A stretch of DNA of 32,000 nucleotides from positions 1,170,001 to 1,202,000 of the forward strand of contig NZ_CP019633.1 in assembly GCF_001997385.1 (NCBI RefSeq). The letters are read 5' to 3'. The stretch is from Sedimentisphaera cyanobacteriorum. GTDB lineage: Bacteria > Planctomycetota > Phycisphaerae > Sedimentisphaerales > Sedimentisphaeraceae. Below the pieces are notes generated by a model. The model searched no databases and was not told the DNA's origin. It worked only from the letters and a program-made list of their open reading frames with translations. Each line of letters begins with the position of its first letter. Position 1 is the first letter of the stretch. Below, one piece after another: positions 17,293-26,338 of the stretch. Position numbers and translations under genes: made by a program.

Positions 17293-18444
17293 TTATTCAA
17301 AACCATTTCCAATCCAAATTTTAGGCGATCTGATCCTTGGGGATATCTCGCCGCTTGTAATAACAATATATCCATTCCAATTAACAGCATTAGAAGTAAC
17401 GTGTGTTTTAGGCATTTCCCCATTCATTGACCAAGTATTTTCTACTGTATCATAAACAAATATTTCTTTAGAGAATCCAGGATGGTCTTGTTTTAAAATC
17501 TCGCCCTTACCATATAAACTGCCATCTGAGGCACCAAAAATATAGATATAGTTTCGACCTATAGAGGATACTGTGCCTGCACAGAAAGGTCTTTCGGCAG
17601 ATTTTTTCCTCAGCCATGTTCTTTGAGCTGGATTATACTCCCAAATATCATTCAAGAATGTAATCTCCTGACCTGAATCTTTTGATCTTCCACCTATCAC
17701 ATAGATGCATTCTTCTTCTCCGTTATATTGGCTTACAGTCATGCTACATGCTCTTGGCCGCCCAGAAAAGTCATTTAATTTTTGCCACTCGAGTACATCA
17801 TTGTCTCTTTTGTCTAAATCTAACGCCCAAAAGTCTTTCACAGCAGACTCTAACGCCATTTCACGCTGCCCACTTACAACATAAATTTTATTACCAATTG
17901 CAGTACACCCCCCGTTAGCGCAAGGTTGAGGAAGAGAGGGCAGCTCTTCGCAAACTATATTTTTCTCTTTACTGTTCCACCTAAGAACAAAGGCATCACT
18001 ATATACTTTCTTTTCATCTAAACCGCCAATACAGACTACACCATAATCAGTAGTTACGCTCATACCGTATGCAATATTTTTATAAAGGCGAAAACCTGTT
18101 CTCCAATAATAATCTTCTCTGATTTTTTCAAGAACCCAGATATCATCCAACCAAACTTTGGAGTTCTCCCAATAAGGTTTAGGAAAATTAGCTCCACCAG
18201 CAACAATCAACGCATTATTACTGACACCTGAATAAGGACCTGCAACTCCAAGAGCATCACACTGCCCCTGAGCTGCAGGCAAAACTGCCAGTTCTTTCCA
18301 TTTAAAGATCCTCATCTCATTCTCTTTCTGTGCTAAAGAAACTGTGCCCAAAATAAACAAACTAATATAGATAAACTTATGTACAATTTGCTCCGAGCGA
18401 GTTATGTGGCTAAAGTTATTTCTTCCCATCAATAATCCAATCAA
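17293..18444 (-). CDS. NanM/YjhT-like Kelch-repeat sialic-acid mutarotase (stand-alone, secreted)
   Basis: It is homologous along its whole length to the N-terminal half of 9670-12348. A hydrophobic signal HKFIYISLFILGTVSLAQ is present. The start is uncertain (ATG 18444 or 18429), and either overlaps the upstream sialidase stop. Confidence 0.8.
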   Translation of the reverse strand: MIGLLMGRNNFSHITRSEQIVHKFIYISLFILGTVSLAQKENEMRIFKWKELAVLPAAQGQCDALGVAGPYSGVSNNALIVAGGANFPKPYWENSKVWLDDIWVLEKIREDYYWRTGFRLYKNIAYGMSVTTDYGVVCIGGLDEKKVYSDAFVLRWNSKEKNIVCEELPSLPQPCANGGCTAIGNKIYVVSGQREMALESAVKDFWALDLDKRDNDVLEWQKLNDFSGRPRACSMTVSQYNGEEECIYVIGGRSKDSGQEITFLNDIWEYNPAQRTWLRKKSAERPFCAGTVSSIGRNYIYIFGASDGSLYGKGEILKQDHPGFSKEIFVYDTVENTWSMNGEMPKTHVTSNAVNWNGYIVITSGEISPRIRSPKIWIGNGFE

Positions 18445-19564
18445 GTGTAAATTTTGAAAAAATTATCTTTGAATATCTAAAACCTTTGCCACCCTCATAC
18501 AAACAAGCTATCTTACCATTATCTAATACGGTTAGAGATGAATAAGCCGCTGGTCCTTCATGAATGGTTCTCTTATGACTCCAAGTCTTTGCTCCATCAT
18601 AACTAACTCTAACTGTCATGTTGGTACGCTTTTTAGAGTCAGGATTGGAGAACAAAATAATGTCCTTATCATTATTCTTATTTGGGGCATACCTTATAAT
18701 ACTTGCTTGACAAGTTGGTTCATTGAGATTAGATTTGTATGACACATAGTCCCAAGTTTCTCCGCAATTAGTGCTGAATGACAAGGCCCTGCTGCCCCTG
18801 TAACGTGAGTTGCGAGAATTCAACAAAACCTTCCCATCAAGAAGCTCTACCACCTGACTTTCATTCAATCCAGGGCGTGCAACATCACTGAGTTTCCATG
18901 TCTTGCCATGATCATCACTGTATATTACATGCGCCCCCTGTTGAAACTTTTTGTACTCACAGCTAATTGTGTGGTTTGCTGGTATAACCAAACGACCTTT
19001 CTTCTTGCCGTACTTGAGTTGTATTCCAGTCCCAGGTCCTGTAGCGTACCATCTCCAATAATCTCGACGGACAGAATCACTGATATTATTAGGTTTTGTC
19101 CACGTAAGCCCATCGTCCTCAGATTTACTAATATAAGGAATACGAGGATGCTTACTTTCCCCTGCAACAATTCCCTTTAAATGATCACTGCCGTAATTCC
19201 ATGTTAAACCAAGCCAAATAGTGCCAGTTTGTCTATCTACTACTGGACAAGGATTTCCACAAGTATTATCGCCATCATCCCATATTACAACCTGCTTAGA
19301 CCAAGACTCACCATTATCCTCGCTTCGTTTCATTAACAAATCTATATCACCTTCATCTCCCACACCATCCTTTCTTCCTTCACAAAAGGCTAATAGAGTA
19401 CCTTTATTTGTTCTTATAATTGAAGGAATTCTGTAAGTGTTATAGCCGTTCTCGTGCCTCACAAAAAGATCAGTGTACTCAATCTCATTTTTATCATTAC
19501 CTTCTGCAAAAACAGCAACAGATACTACAAACATAAACAAACAAAAATAATTCTTAAAAGTCAT
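18416..19564 (-). CDS. GH33 exo-alpha-sialidase (secreted)
   Basis: The FRIP motif is YRIPSIIRT. Five Asp-box-like repeats are SEDNGESW, SEDDGLTW, SDDHGKTW, STNCGETW, SYDGAKTW. Signal peptide is MTFKNYFCLFMFVVSVAVFA. Confidence 0.92.
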   Translation of the reverse strand: MTFKNYFCLFMFVVSVAVFAEGNDKNEIEYTDLFVRHENGYNTYRIPSIIRTNKGTLLAFCEGRKDGVGDEGDIDLLMKRSEDNGESWSKQVVIWDDGDNTCGNPCPVVDRQTGTIWLGLTWNYGSDHLKGIVAGESKHPRIPYISKSEDDGLTWTKPNNISDSVRRDYWRWYATGPGTGIQLKYGKKKGRLVIPANHTISCEYKKFQQGAHVIYSDDHGKTWKLSDVARPGLNESQVVELLDGKVLLNSRNSRYRGSRALSFSTNCGETWDYVSYKSNLNEPTCQASIIRYAPNKNNDKDIILFSNPDSKKRTNMTVRVSYDGAKTWSHKRTIHEGPAAYSSLTVLDNGKIACLYEGGKGFRYSKIIFSKFTLDWIIDGKK

Positions 19565-19653
19565 TAGAAAACCTCAAAATAAATAACAATTGATTAATTA
19601 AATTCCTGAAAAACTGTTTTAGTAACACCCAAAATCGTTATTGTTACTTCAGG

Positions 19654-22455
19654 CTAATCGCCCCAATTTGATGCCATTATTACTAAATCACGAATATCGA
19701 CAATGCCGTCTTTATTCAAATCTCCTGAATATAAACTTATATAATTCTTATAATCAGCTTTACTAACTAAAACCTCATCAATGTAACCTTGGAATATTCT
19801 GTTATCCTCATTGAAATGGCCTATTACAACATTTGCATTCAATTCAACGTCAGATTTGAGGGTATTGTCCTGCTGTGCTTCCAATTTACCATCTAAAATT
19901 ATTACAAATTTATAGTCAGCAATGTCTTTGGCAAAAACTACTTCATGCCATTTGTTATCACTCACATTAGTAGTTCCTTCAACTTTAACAGTATTTCCAT
20001 CCGTATCGCTAACAAAAAACTGCAATACACCATTTCTAATTCTTGTCCACCAAGATGATTCTCCAGGGCCAACATCCCTTGCAACCAAGGCGCCTGAATT
20101 ATCGGTACCCCCACTGCTATGTTTATTAGTCCTGAATACCGCAGATATAAAGAAAGGCGATTCCGATTCAATGTTAAAATAATTCAATAATGTGCCTCTT
20201 GTATCGAAGTCGTGATTTCTTATCACTATTCCGTTACCATTACCATTCAAATGCAATGCAACACTCCCTGAACTCGAGGAACTTCCTTCTGCAAAACCCA
20301 GCTCACCTTCAGTTCTTCCATGAAAGCCCTTCCCTTTTTTGTCGTTCACTTTATATGGAGCTGCTTTTATATTTTGGTCAAGATCAAATTCCTCAAAGTC
20401 ATACATAAACAAAACTTTGCTGTATCTGTTATTTCTCAGAGGGGGAAATTTCTCAAAACCTTCAATCCCCTCTCTAGGTACTCTGTAGACCATTAAATCT
20501 TTTGGCCTTATCCAACGATCCCCTATCATCAGATTAACCATTGGGAAAATGTAGCTTTCATCAACATACATTCCTAAATCGTTAAATCTCCAAGGCAGCC
20601 CTTGAAAATCATCCACCGTCATCAAATACTGCCATGTTTCCATATCATCTTCGGTTTTGGCAAGAGCAAGTCTTTCTCTAGGCAAAGCCGGATGCGGCCA
20701 AGCATCTGGGTCAGAATAAGTCCAGAACAAAAATATTTCGTTCGTATTATCATCTCTTCTGACATTAAATGCATTCATAGGAGAGATGATAGGCATTATA
20801 TTAATGTCGGTTGACCATGTAGCTCCTCCATCTGAGGAATCTGCATACAAAAGTCTTCCCATATCACTACGGGCAACCAACCTTACTTGCCCGTTGTTCA
20901 ATTCAACAACCTGAGCTTCTTGCAGATTAAAACCATTAGTAGTTGACCTATCAAGGACGTTTGACTTTGTCCATGTTAGTCCATCATCGTCGCTGTAATA
21001 AGTTGTAACGCCACCCACGGCTTCATCATATTGGGTCCCTGGGTTAATAAATATCCTACCATTACTGATTTGAGAAATTTTACTGTTCATCACTTTATGC
21101 TTTTTTGGAGCTTGATTAACCCAAATAATATCGCTCCAAGAAGATCCTTCATCATTTGAAATTTTAACTCCCAATTTTCTCAAATTATTTGGTTGTTTTA
21201 CATTAAACATTGCCAGAAGCCTACCAGAATTTAAGTTAAGAATATTTTTACTGCTTTTGCTACCCAAAGAATCAAAAATATCTGTCCCATTCCATGTAAG
21301 TCCTTCATCATCTGAGGAAAGATAACTAGAGCCTACATGCAGAATCAATTCATTATTAACCCTATTCATATCTCCCATTGCTGAATTTTCAAAACAAAAC
21401 ATCTTATAATTTTTAAGATGTTTATCATTGCCCTCATAACTTAAATCATCTATGTTTACTATAGCTCCAGAAGCCCCAAATACTATACCTCCATAGTTAG
21501 TGTTACGCAGTGATTTACTTTCTAGTACTAAGCTGCCGTCTATGTAAAATAGAATGTTTATTTTGTCGATAACAACCTTAAAGTCATACCACTTATTGGA
21601 CTGTATATCCAGTGATGAGCTGTTTCTTAACTTTTCCTTAAGCCACCCGTCTATCAATTCCCATCGCTTTTCTGATGTATCATAAATCAGGGAGACCTTG
21701 TAAACATGATTGCTGTCAATATTGTGCCTTAAGGAAATTTCAAAGTGAGAATGAGGGGCAGAATAAAGAATATTAAAACGCCCTTCTAGGACAGTGTCTC
21801 TTGAAAAACAATTGATTTTAACTTCGGAAGGATTGTTTATTGAATAAAGTTGAAGGTATTTATTGCTTCCCGAACTAACAACGGTATTGACACCTGAAAT
21901 ATTTTGCCATCCAGTATCTTTAAAATTCAGCATGTTATCAAAAGAGTAACTTTCAGAAAAAACAGGTTCTTCATTTCGGTAAACAAGCCTATTCCCATAG
22001 AGTTCATTATACTTTTCGTCGTACTTTTCAATAAGAGCTTGTTTTTGCCCAACCCAGATCTCAGCCTTTGTAAGCCAAAACCCCTTATCAGAACCATTTC
22101 GCGAATTTGAAAATGTGAACTGAAGTTCATTATTACCAGTTATTAATTCATCTTTTATCCAAACAAAGCCGCGTTGTTTGCCTGTAGCACTAAAAAGCTC
22201 AGGAGGAGGTGTTACCGTAATACCATTAATTACCAGCCCCAATTCATCAAAATTATTAATATCTACGGTTTCGATAACAAGCATATAATTCATATTTTGA
22301 TCTAAAGAGTTTATTTCAAAATTTAATTCCTCCTGCTGTGCCTGATCAGTCAACTCCAAAGGTAATTTATCTTGATTCGGGCTTAGAATTGTATATGAAA
22401 ATAGCCGGGAACTTAACAGTAAAACAATAGATACTCGATATATACATGCAATCAT
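19654..22455 (-). CDS. 933 aa secreted multidomain protein: N-terminal beta-sandwich modules, BNR/sialidase-like propeller, LamG domain, dockerin-like tail
   Basis: It carries a signal peptide. A DUF1080/LamG-like block is ..WYDFKVVIDKINILFYIDGSLV... Asp boxes are SDDEGLTW, SNDEGSSW, SDDDGLTW, SSDGGATW, TEDDMETW. The LamG block is ..NKWHEVVFAKD..VIILDGKLEA..FQGYIDEVLVS. The C-terminus is GDLNKDGIVDIRDLVIMASNWGD. Confidence 0.85.
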   Translation of the reverse strand: MIACIYRVSIVLLLSSRLFSYTILSPNQDKLPLELTDQAQQEELNFEINSLDQNMNYMLVIETVDINNFDELGLVINGITVTPPPELFSATGKQRGFVWIKDELITGNNELQFTFSNSRNGSDKGFWLTKAEIWVGQKQALIEKYDEKYNELYGNRLVYRNEEPVFSESYSFDNMLNFKDTGWQNISGVNTVVSSGSNKYLQLYSINNPSEVKINCFSRDTVLEGRFNILYSAPHSHFEISLRHNIDSNHVYKVSLIYDTSEKRWELIDGWLKEKLRNSSSLDIQSNKWYDFKVVIDKINILFYIDGSLVLESKSLRNTNYGGIVFGASGAIVNIDDLSYEGNDKHLKNYKMFCFENSAMGDMNRVNNELILHVGSSYLSSDDEGLTWNGTDIFDSLGSKSSKNILNLNSGRLLAMFNVKQPNNLRKLGVKISNDEGSSWSDIIWVNQAPKKHKVMNSKISQISNGRIFINPGTQYDEAVGGVTTYYSDDDGLTWTKSNVLDRSTTNGFNLQEAQVVELNNGQVRLVARSDMGRLLYADSSDGGATWSTDINIMPIISPMNAFNVRRDDNTNEIFLFWTYSDPDAWPHPALPRERLALAKTEDDMETWQYLMTVDDFQGLPWRFNDLGMYVDESYIFPMVNLMIGDRWIRPKDLMVYRVPREGIEGFEKFPPLRNNRYSKVLFMYDFEEFDLDQNIKAAPYKVNDKKGKGFHGRTEGELGFAEGSSSSSGSVALHLNGNGNGIVIRNHDFDTRGTLLNYFNIESESPFFISAVFRTNKHSSGGTDNSGALVARDVGPGESSWWTRIRNGVLQFFVSDTDGNTVKVEGTTNVSDNKWHEVVFAKDIADYKFVIILDGKLEAQQDNTLKSDVELNANVVIGHFNEDNRIFQGYIDEVLVSKADYKNYISLYSGDLNKDGIVDIRDLVIMASNWGD

Positions 22456-22511
22456 AATTTTATCCTATTTCATTTCATTAATTCAAAAAAAACCCATAGC
22501 CTAAAAACATA

Positions 22512-23357
22512 TTAGTATTCTTTGGGTATATAATGAAGACGGCCAGATAGATTAACAAGCCAGAGTTCCTGAAGTTCGCTGCTATCATATGTTCTAACAC
22601 TTCCGTCATTATATCCTGCATTTACTTTAATATCTGGCCTCTCCCTATCTGGATCAAATTTATTATAGTATAACGCGTTATTCCGTCTCTTTTGACCATT
22701 TTCCATAGGGTGAGTCGACATCCAACAAAATTGATATCCAGCTGCAGGATCATTCCAGCGAATAGCATCACAAGTTAAAAGACTGCTGTTTGTATTAATT
22801 GAAGGCCCTCTAAATGGCCGTTCATTCCTATCTCTATCATAGTACCCGTCGTAATTCCATAAGAGATCATATGAACCTGATATGCCTACCAAACCCTGTT
22901 CGTATAAATCTTGGAAGGTGTAATTTTGCCATGTCATTTTGTCAATATTTACTCGGCTCATAGGACAGATATAAACACCTGCCTCCGAAATGTAATCCAG
23001 CATAAATCTCGCTAGTATTCCACCTGCTAAACCATTACTTTGACCTGAAGCAGCGTTTTCTGGATGGTAATTTATCCTAGCAGGTTGTGTCCAAAAACCA
23101 TTGGATTGAAAATAACCACCAGAATCATTTTTTCTTTTACCTGCTATGCTAGGTGGATATCTGTTGCCATTATCTGCCTGATAAGCAGATACACCATAGA
23201 TAATTTGTTTCTGGTTTGAACTGCACATAACAAATTTTGCTTGATTACGTGCTTTTTGTAGTGCGGGCATAAGGATTGCCATTAACAAAGCTATTATTGA
23301 TATAACAACTAAAAGCTCTATCAGGGTAAATGCACTGAGATTATTTGTTTTTTTCAT
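22512..23357 (-). CDS. Prepilin-type N-terminal cleavage/methylation domain protein (type II secretion pseudopilin-like, DUF1559-like)
   Basis: The N-terminus is MKKTNNLSAFTLIELLVVISIIALLMAILMPALQKARNQAK, followed by CSSNQKQI, which is typical of the expanded PVC pseudopilin-like family. Confidence 0.85.
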   Translation of the reverse strand: MKKTNNLSAFTLIELLVVISIIALLMAILMPALQKARNQAKFVMCSSNQKQIIYGVSAYQADNGNRYPPSIAGKRKNDSGGYFQSNGFWTQPARINYHPENAASGQSNGLAGGILARFMLDYISEAGVYICPMSRVNIDKMTWQNYTFQDLYEQGLVGISGSYDLLWNYDGYYDRDRNERPFRGPSINTNSSLLTCDAIRWNDPAAGYQFCWMSTHPMENGQKRRNNALYYNKFDPDRERPDIKVNAGYNDGSVRTYDSSELQELWLVNLSGRLHYIPKEY

Positions 23358-23426
23358 AATATACCCTCAAGTCTTAAAAGCTTACAGCAAGCCAGCAAAG
23401 AGAGCTGGCTTGCTGCGAAAGTTTAA

Positions 23427-24602
23427 TTACTCGTATTCATTTGACCGGAGCCAATTCTCTGCTAGAATAGAAAAATCAAGCATATCAACCGAACAATTGC
23501 CATCTAAGTCACCTTCTTCTGTTGTTATTACGCATGATGGGGTATTGAAGCTCCAAACATCACCTTCGATAATAGTAGTTCCATCGTCGCCAAAGTCTAT
23601 CAAAGTATCTACCCTCCAATAATATGTTTGGCCTTTTTGGAGATTTGAAAAACTTATGGAGTTACCATCAGCGACTGCAGATTCTAAAACATTTGACATA
23701 TCTTCAGTATCTGAAAGATTTACAGTTTCAGATATAATATTTTGGCCTTCAATAGAAGACCAGCCGAAAACTTTATCGATAGGCACCATTACTGAATTGC
23801 TGGCTGGATCAGGATCAGAAGGCTTTCCTATTGGCTGTACAAATTCCTCTACGCTCAACGCTTCATCGGAAACCTTTATAAAATCAATCTTTCCATGAAA
23901 ACGTTTTGCTGCAGAATCGTAATCAGGATCCATTGCACCTATCTGAACAGGGTGCACAGAGCCATCGTTTTCGTAAGAAACGCCTGCCAACTCGTCATGT
24001 TCCGTTAAGACAAGCTCTCCATCTAAGTAGACCCTGTATTCTTCGGTAACACTGTCTCTTACCCATGCCACGTGGGTCCATTGCTCTGCACCAATACCGT
24101 TTTCTGATGCAACCTTACCCCCTGAATTAAGAACCTCGCCATCTTTGACATATTCCCTTGCTAAGAAATTAGGCCTCCCGTTTGGCTCATCAAACCTATA
24201 CCAGTATTCTCCAGGAAGACCTCTTTTGGCCAAAAAACCGTTCTCTGTCGTAATTGGTCCGGCAAGCCATATCAGACATTCAATTGTATAATCAACACCT
24301 AAATCAAAAGACGGCCCTCCTGCTGCTGGAATCAAAACCTGACCAGTTGATGGCGGAAAGAAATAGACAGCTGAACCGAAAGGATTATAATCTGGATTAC
24401 CCTCTACAAATGTCATATTAGGGTCGCTCTTAGCAGTTACTTCCAGATTAATGCCGTTTCCTGAAGTATCCAACACAGTCTCTCCAAGAGTTGCTTGTGT
24501 GCCCGGATCTTTCTCATCAAATGTCCAGTATGCAACTACACCTGCCTGAACAAAGGAAGCAAAAAAACATCCTAAAACTAATGTAAACATATTTTTTTTC
24601 AT
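23427..24602 (-). CDS. Secreted LamG (concanavalin-A-like lectin) domain protein with Fn3-like module and dockerin-like tail
   Basis: A signal peptide is present. The LamG pattern is AYWTFDE..DTSGNGINL..SAVYF..YTIECLIWL..WTHVAWVRD..YRVYLDGELV..FHGKIDFIKVSDEAL. This is followed by ..GQTYYWRVD..GDVWSFNT and a C-terminal GDLDGNCSVDMLDFSILAENW. Confidence 0.8.
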   Translation of the reverse strand: MKKNMFTLVLGCFFASFVQAGVVAYWTFDEKDPGTQATLGETVLDTSGNGINLEVTAKSDPNMTFVEGNPDYNPFGSAVYFFPPSTGQVLIPAAGGPSFDLGVDYTIECLIWLAGPITTENGFLAKRGLPGEYWYRFDEPNGRPNFLAREYVKDGEVLNSGGKVASENGIGAEQWTHVAWVRDSVTEEYRVYLDGELVLTEHDELAGVSYENDGSVHPVQIGAMDPDYDSAAKRFHGKIDFIKVSDEALSVEEFVQPIGKPSDPDPASNSVMVPIDKVFGWSSIEGQNIISETVNLSDTEDMSNVLESAVADGNSISFSNLQKGQTYYWRVDTLIDFGDDGTTIIEGDVWSFNTPSCVITTEEGDLDGNCSVDMLDFSILAENWLRSNEYE

Positions 24603-24764
24603 GATATTACCCTTAAAAACTTAAAAAATAGAAACTTAAATAATTGTTATTACCACACAACTTTAGTAAAAACACAGGAAAAATATTTCACATAGCAACC
24701 ATCCTTTCATGAATATTTACAGTTAGACTTTCTTTCATTATAAATCTTTTTTTCATTTTAAACG

Positions 24765-25937
24765 CTAAATCCGAGCAACCGTTTTGCCTTCATAAAGTGC
24801 AAGGGGTTTGTAAATCACTTCATCGGAATTTATAGGTCGCTGCCCTGTCCGGATCTCATCAAGCACCTTGGCAGCCCGTCCGCCCAGCTCGTATTCATCT
24901 ATCGTTACTGAAGTGAGTCTGTCTAGAAATACGCCGTTTCTCGCATGGCGATCTCCAAAGCCGATTAAAGAAACATCTTCCGGTATCCTGAGCCCCAACT
25001 CCTTAAGCGCAAACTGAACAAGTTCGGCTTCCTCATCGTCATTGCAGAAGATCGCAGTAATCGGATCTGCCCCGCCTACCATTGGCTTGAGAGCATCCAT
25101 CCGTTTCTGAAGCTGATAATCAGGACCTTCACCGGGGCCGTTACCGTAAAATATATGCTTTGCGGGCAGCTCAAGGCCACCTTCGGCGAGTGTTTTACGA
25201 AGGGTGTCTTCGTGTATTTCGGTCATCGTATAACGTGTGCGGGCAAAGTATGCGATTTGCCCGTGGCCTTTATCGAGCAATTCTCTGGCGGCAAGCCTTG
25301 AAACTTCCGCCGCATCCCAAGTGATAAGAGGCGCTGAAACGCCCGCTACTGGACGATGGCAGAAAACAACAGGGATGTCATGCTGCTGGAGCTGGGTGGC
25401 ATGGTAAGCCGGCGTTTGCGGCTTTAATGCCGGCACCATAGCCACTCCGGATACATTCTTATCAAGCATCTGCAGGACTATATCCCCCTGCTTGCTGATG
25501 TTGAAATCTGTATTGCAGAGAAGAACCTGATGACGGTTGAGGGCTGCGCAGTGATCGAAGCCCTTGGCCAAAACTGGGTATATACCGTGAGATATTTCAG
25601 GCAGCAGCAAACTGAGCACAGCAAGCTGCTCCTCTTTCCCGTGATTGAGCTGAGTGAAATAATTCCCCTTTCCGTGGACACGGCGAACGTAACCTTCTTT
25701 GACTAACTCATCTATAGCATTGCGGACGGTGTTTCTCGCTACGCCGAGTCTGTCAATAAGCATATTCTCAGAAGGCAGCGCTTGGCCTTGCTTAAAATGG
25801 CCGCTCTTGAGCTCATCAAGAAGAAACTCCTTGATGATTTCATATTTTGGGCGGCTTCGCCTGGCTCCTCTCAAGCCGGCCAGTTTGCTTTCTAATTTTC
25901 CGCTAAGTTCAATTTGCTCTGTAGGTAATTTTGCCAT
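24765..25937 (-). CDS. AraR-like transcriptional regulator (GntR-type winged HTH + LacI/PBP1-type sugar-binding domain)
   Basis: The N-terminal region is KYEIIKEFLLDELKSGHFKQGQALPSENMLIDRLGVARNTVRNAIDELVKEGYVRRVHGKGNYF. The C-terminal ~270 aa has periplasmic-binding-protein-like alternation (VSGVAMVP.., IPVVFCHRP.., ITAIFCNDDEEA.., VSLIGFGD). Confidence 0.85.
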   Translation of the reverse strand: MAKLPTEQIELSGKLESKLAGLRGARRSRPKYEIIKEFLLDELKSGHFKQGQALPSENMLIDRLGVARNTVRNAIDELVKEGYVRRVHGKGNYFTQLNHGKEEQLAVLSLLLPEISHGIYPVLAKGFDHCAALNRHQVLLCNTDFNISKQGDIVLQMLDKNVSGVAMVPALKPQTPAYHATQLQQHDIPVVFCHRPVAGVSAPLITWDAAEVSRLAARELLDKGHGQIAYFARTRYTMTEIHEDTLRKTLAEGGLELPAKHIFYGNGPGEGPDYQLQKRMDALKPMVGGADPITAIFCNDDEEAELVQFALKELGLRIPEDVSLIGFGDRHARNGVFLDRLTSVTIDEYELGGRAAKVLDEIRTGQRPINSDEVIYKPLALYEGKTVARI

Positions 25938-26338
25938 CTCTGTGCTCCGAACCCTCCGAATAGCGAAGGGATAACTCGACTCAAATCATATACCTTATTA
26001 TTTCATTACTCATTCATTACTTGTTCATTATTCACACTAAAAACAAAAAGTCAAGTACTTTTAAAAAAATTTAATAAAACAGTTTTCTAATCATATAAAG
26101 GCATGACTCGGAATAACTCTTCATAGACCTAAGACCGCAGAGCAACTGAAAACTGAACACAACTCTTAGCAGCAAACAACTTGTTCATATCACATTTACT
26201 GCACATACATATTAAAATTATTATTATGTTTCAACCTAACATGACTTCAGGCGGTAAATATTCATAAGTCGTTGTGAATAAAGGGCTCGTTTATTGCGTA
26301 GGTACTACAAACCCTTTTCCCACATTTCTTCAAAAACG

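Noticed and set aside
25938-26338. Reiterated TCATTAC/TCATTAT words (about 26000-26035) upstream of the regulator as an operator array
   Set aside because: These are short AT-rich words in an AT-rich intergenic region. There is no clear dyad symmetry or spacing pattern, so it cannot be distinguished from chance by eye.
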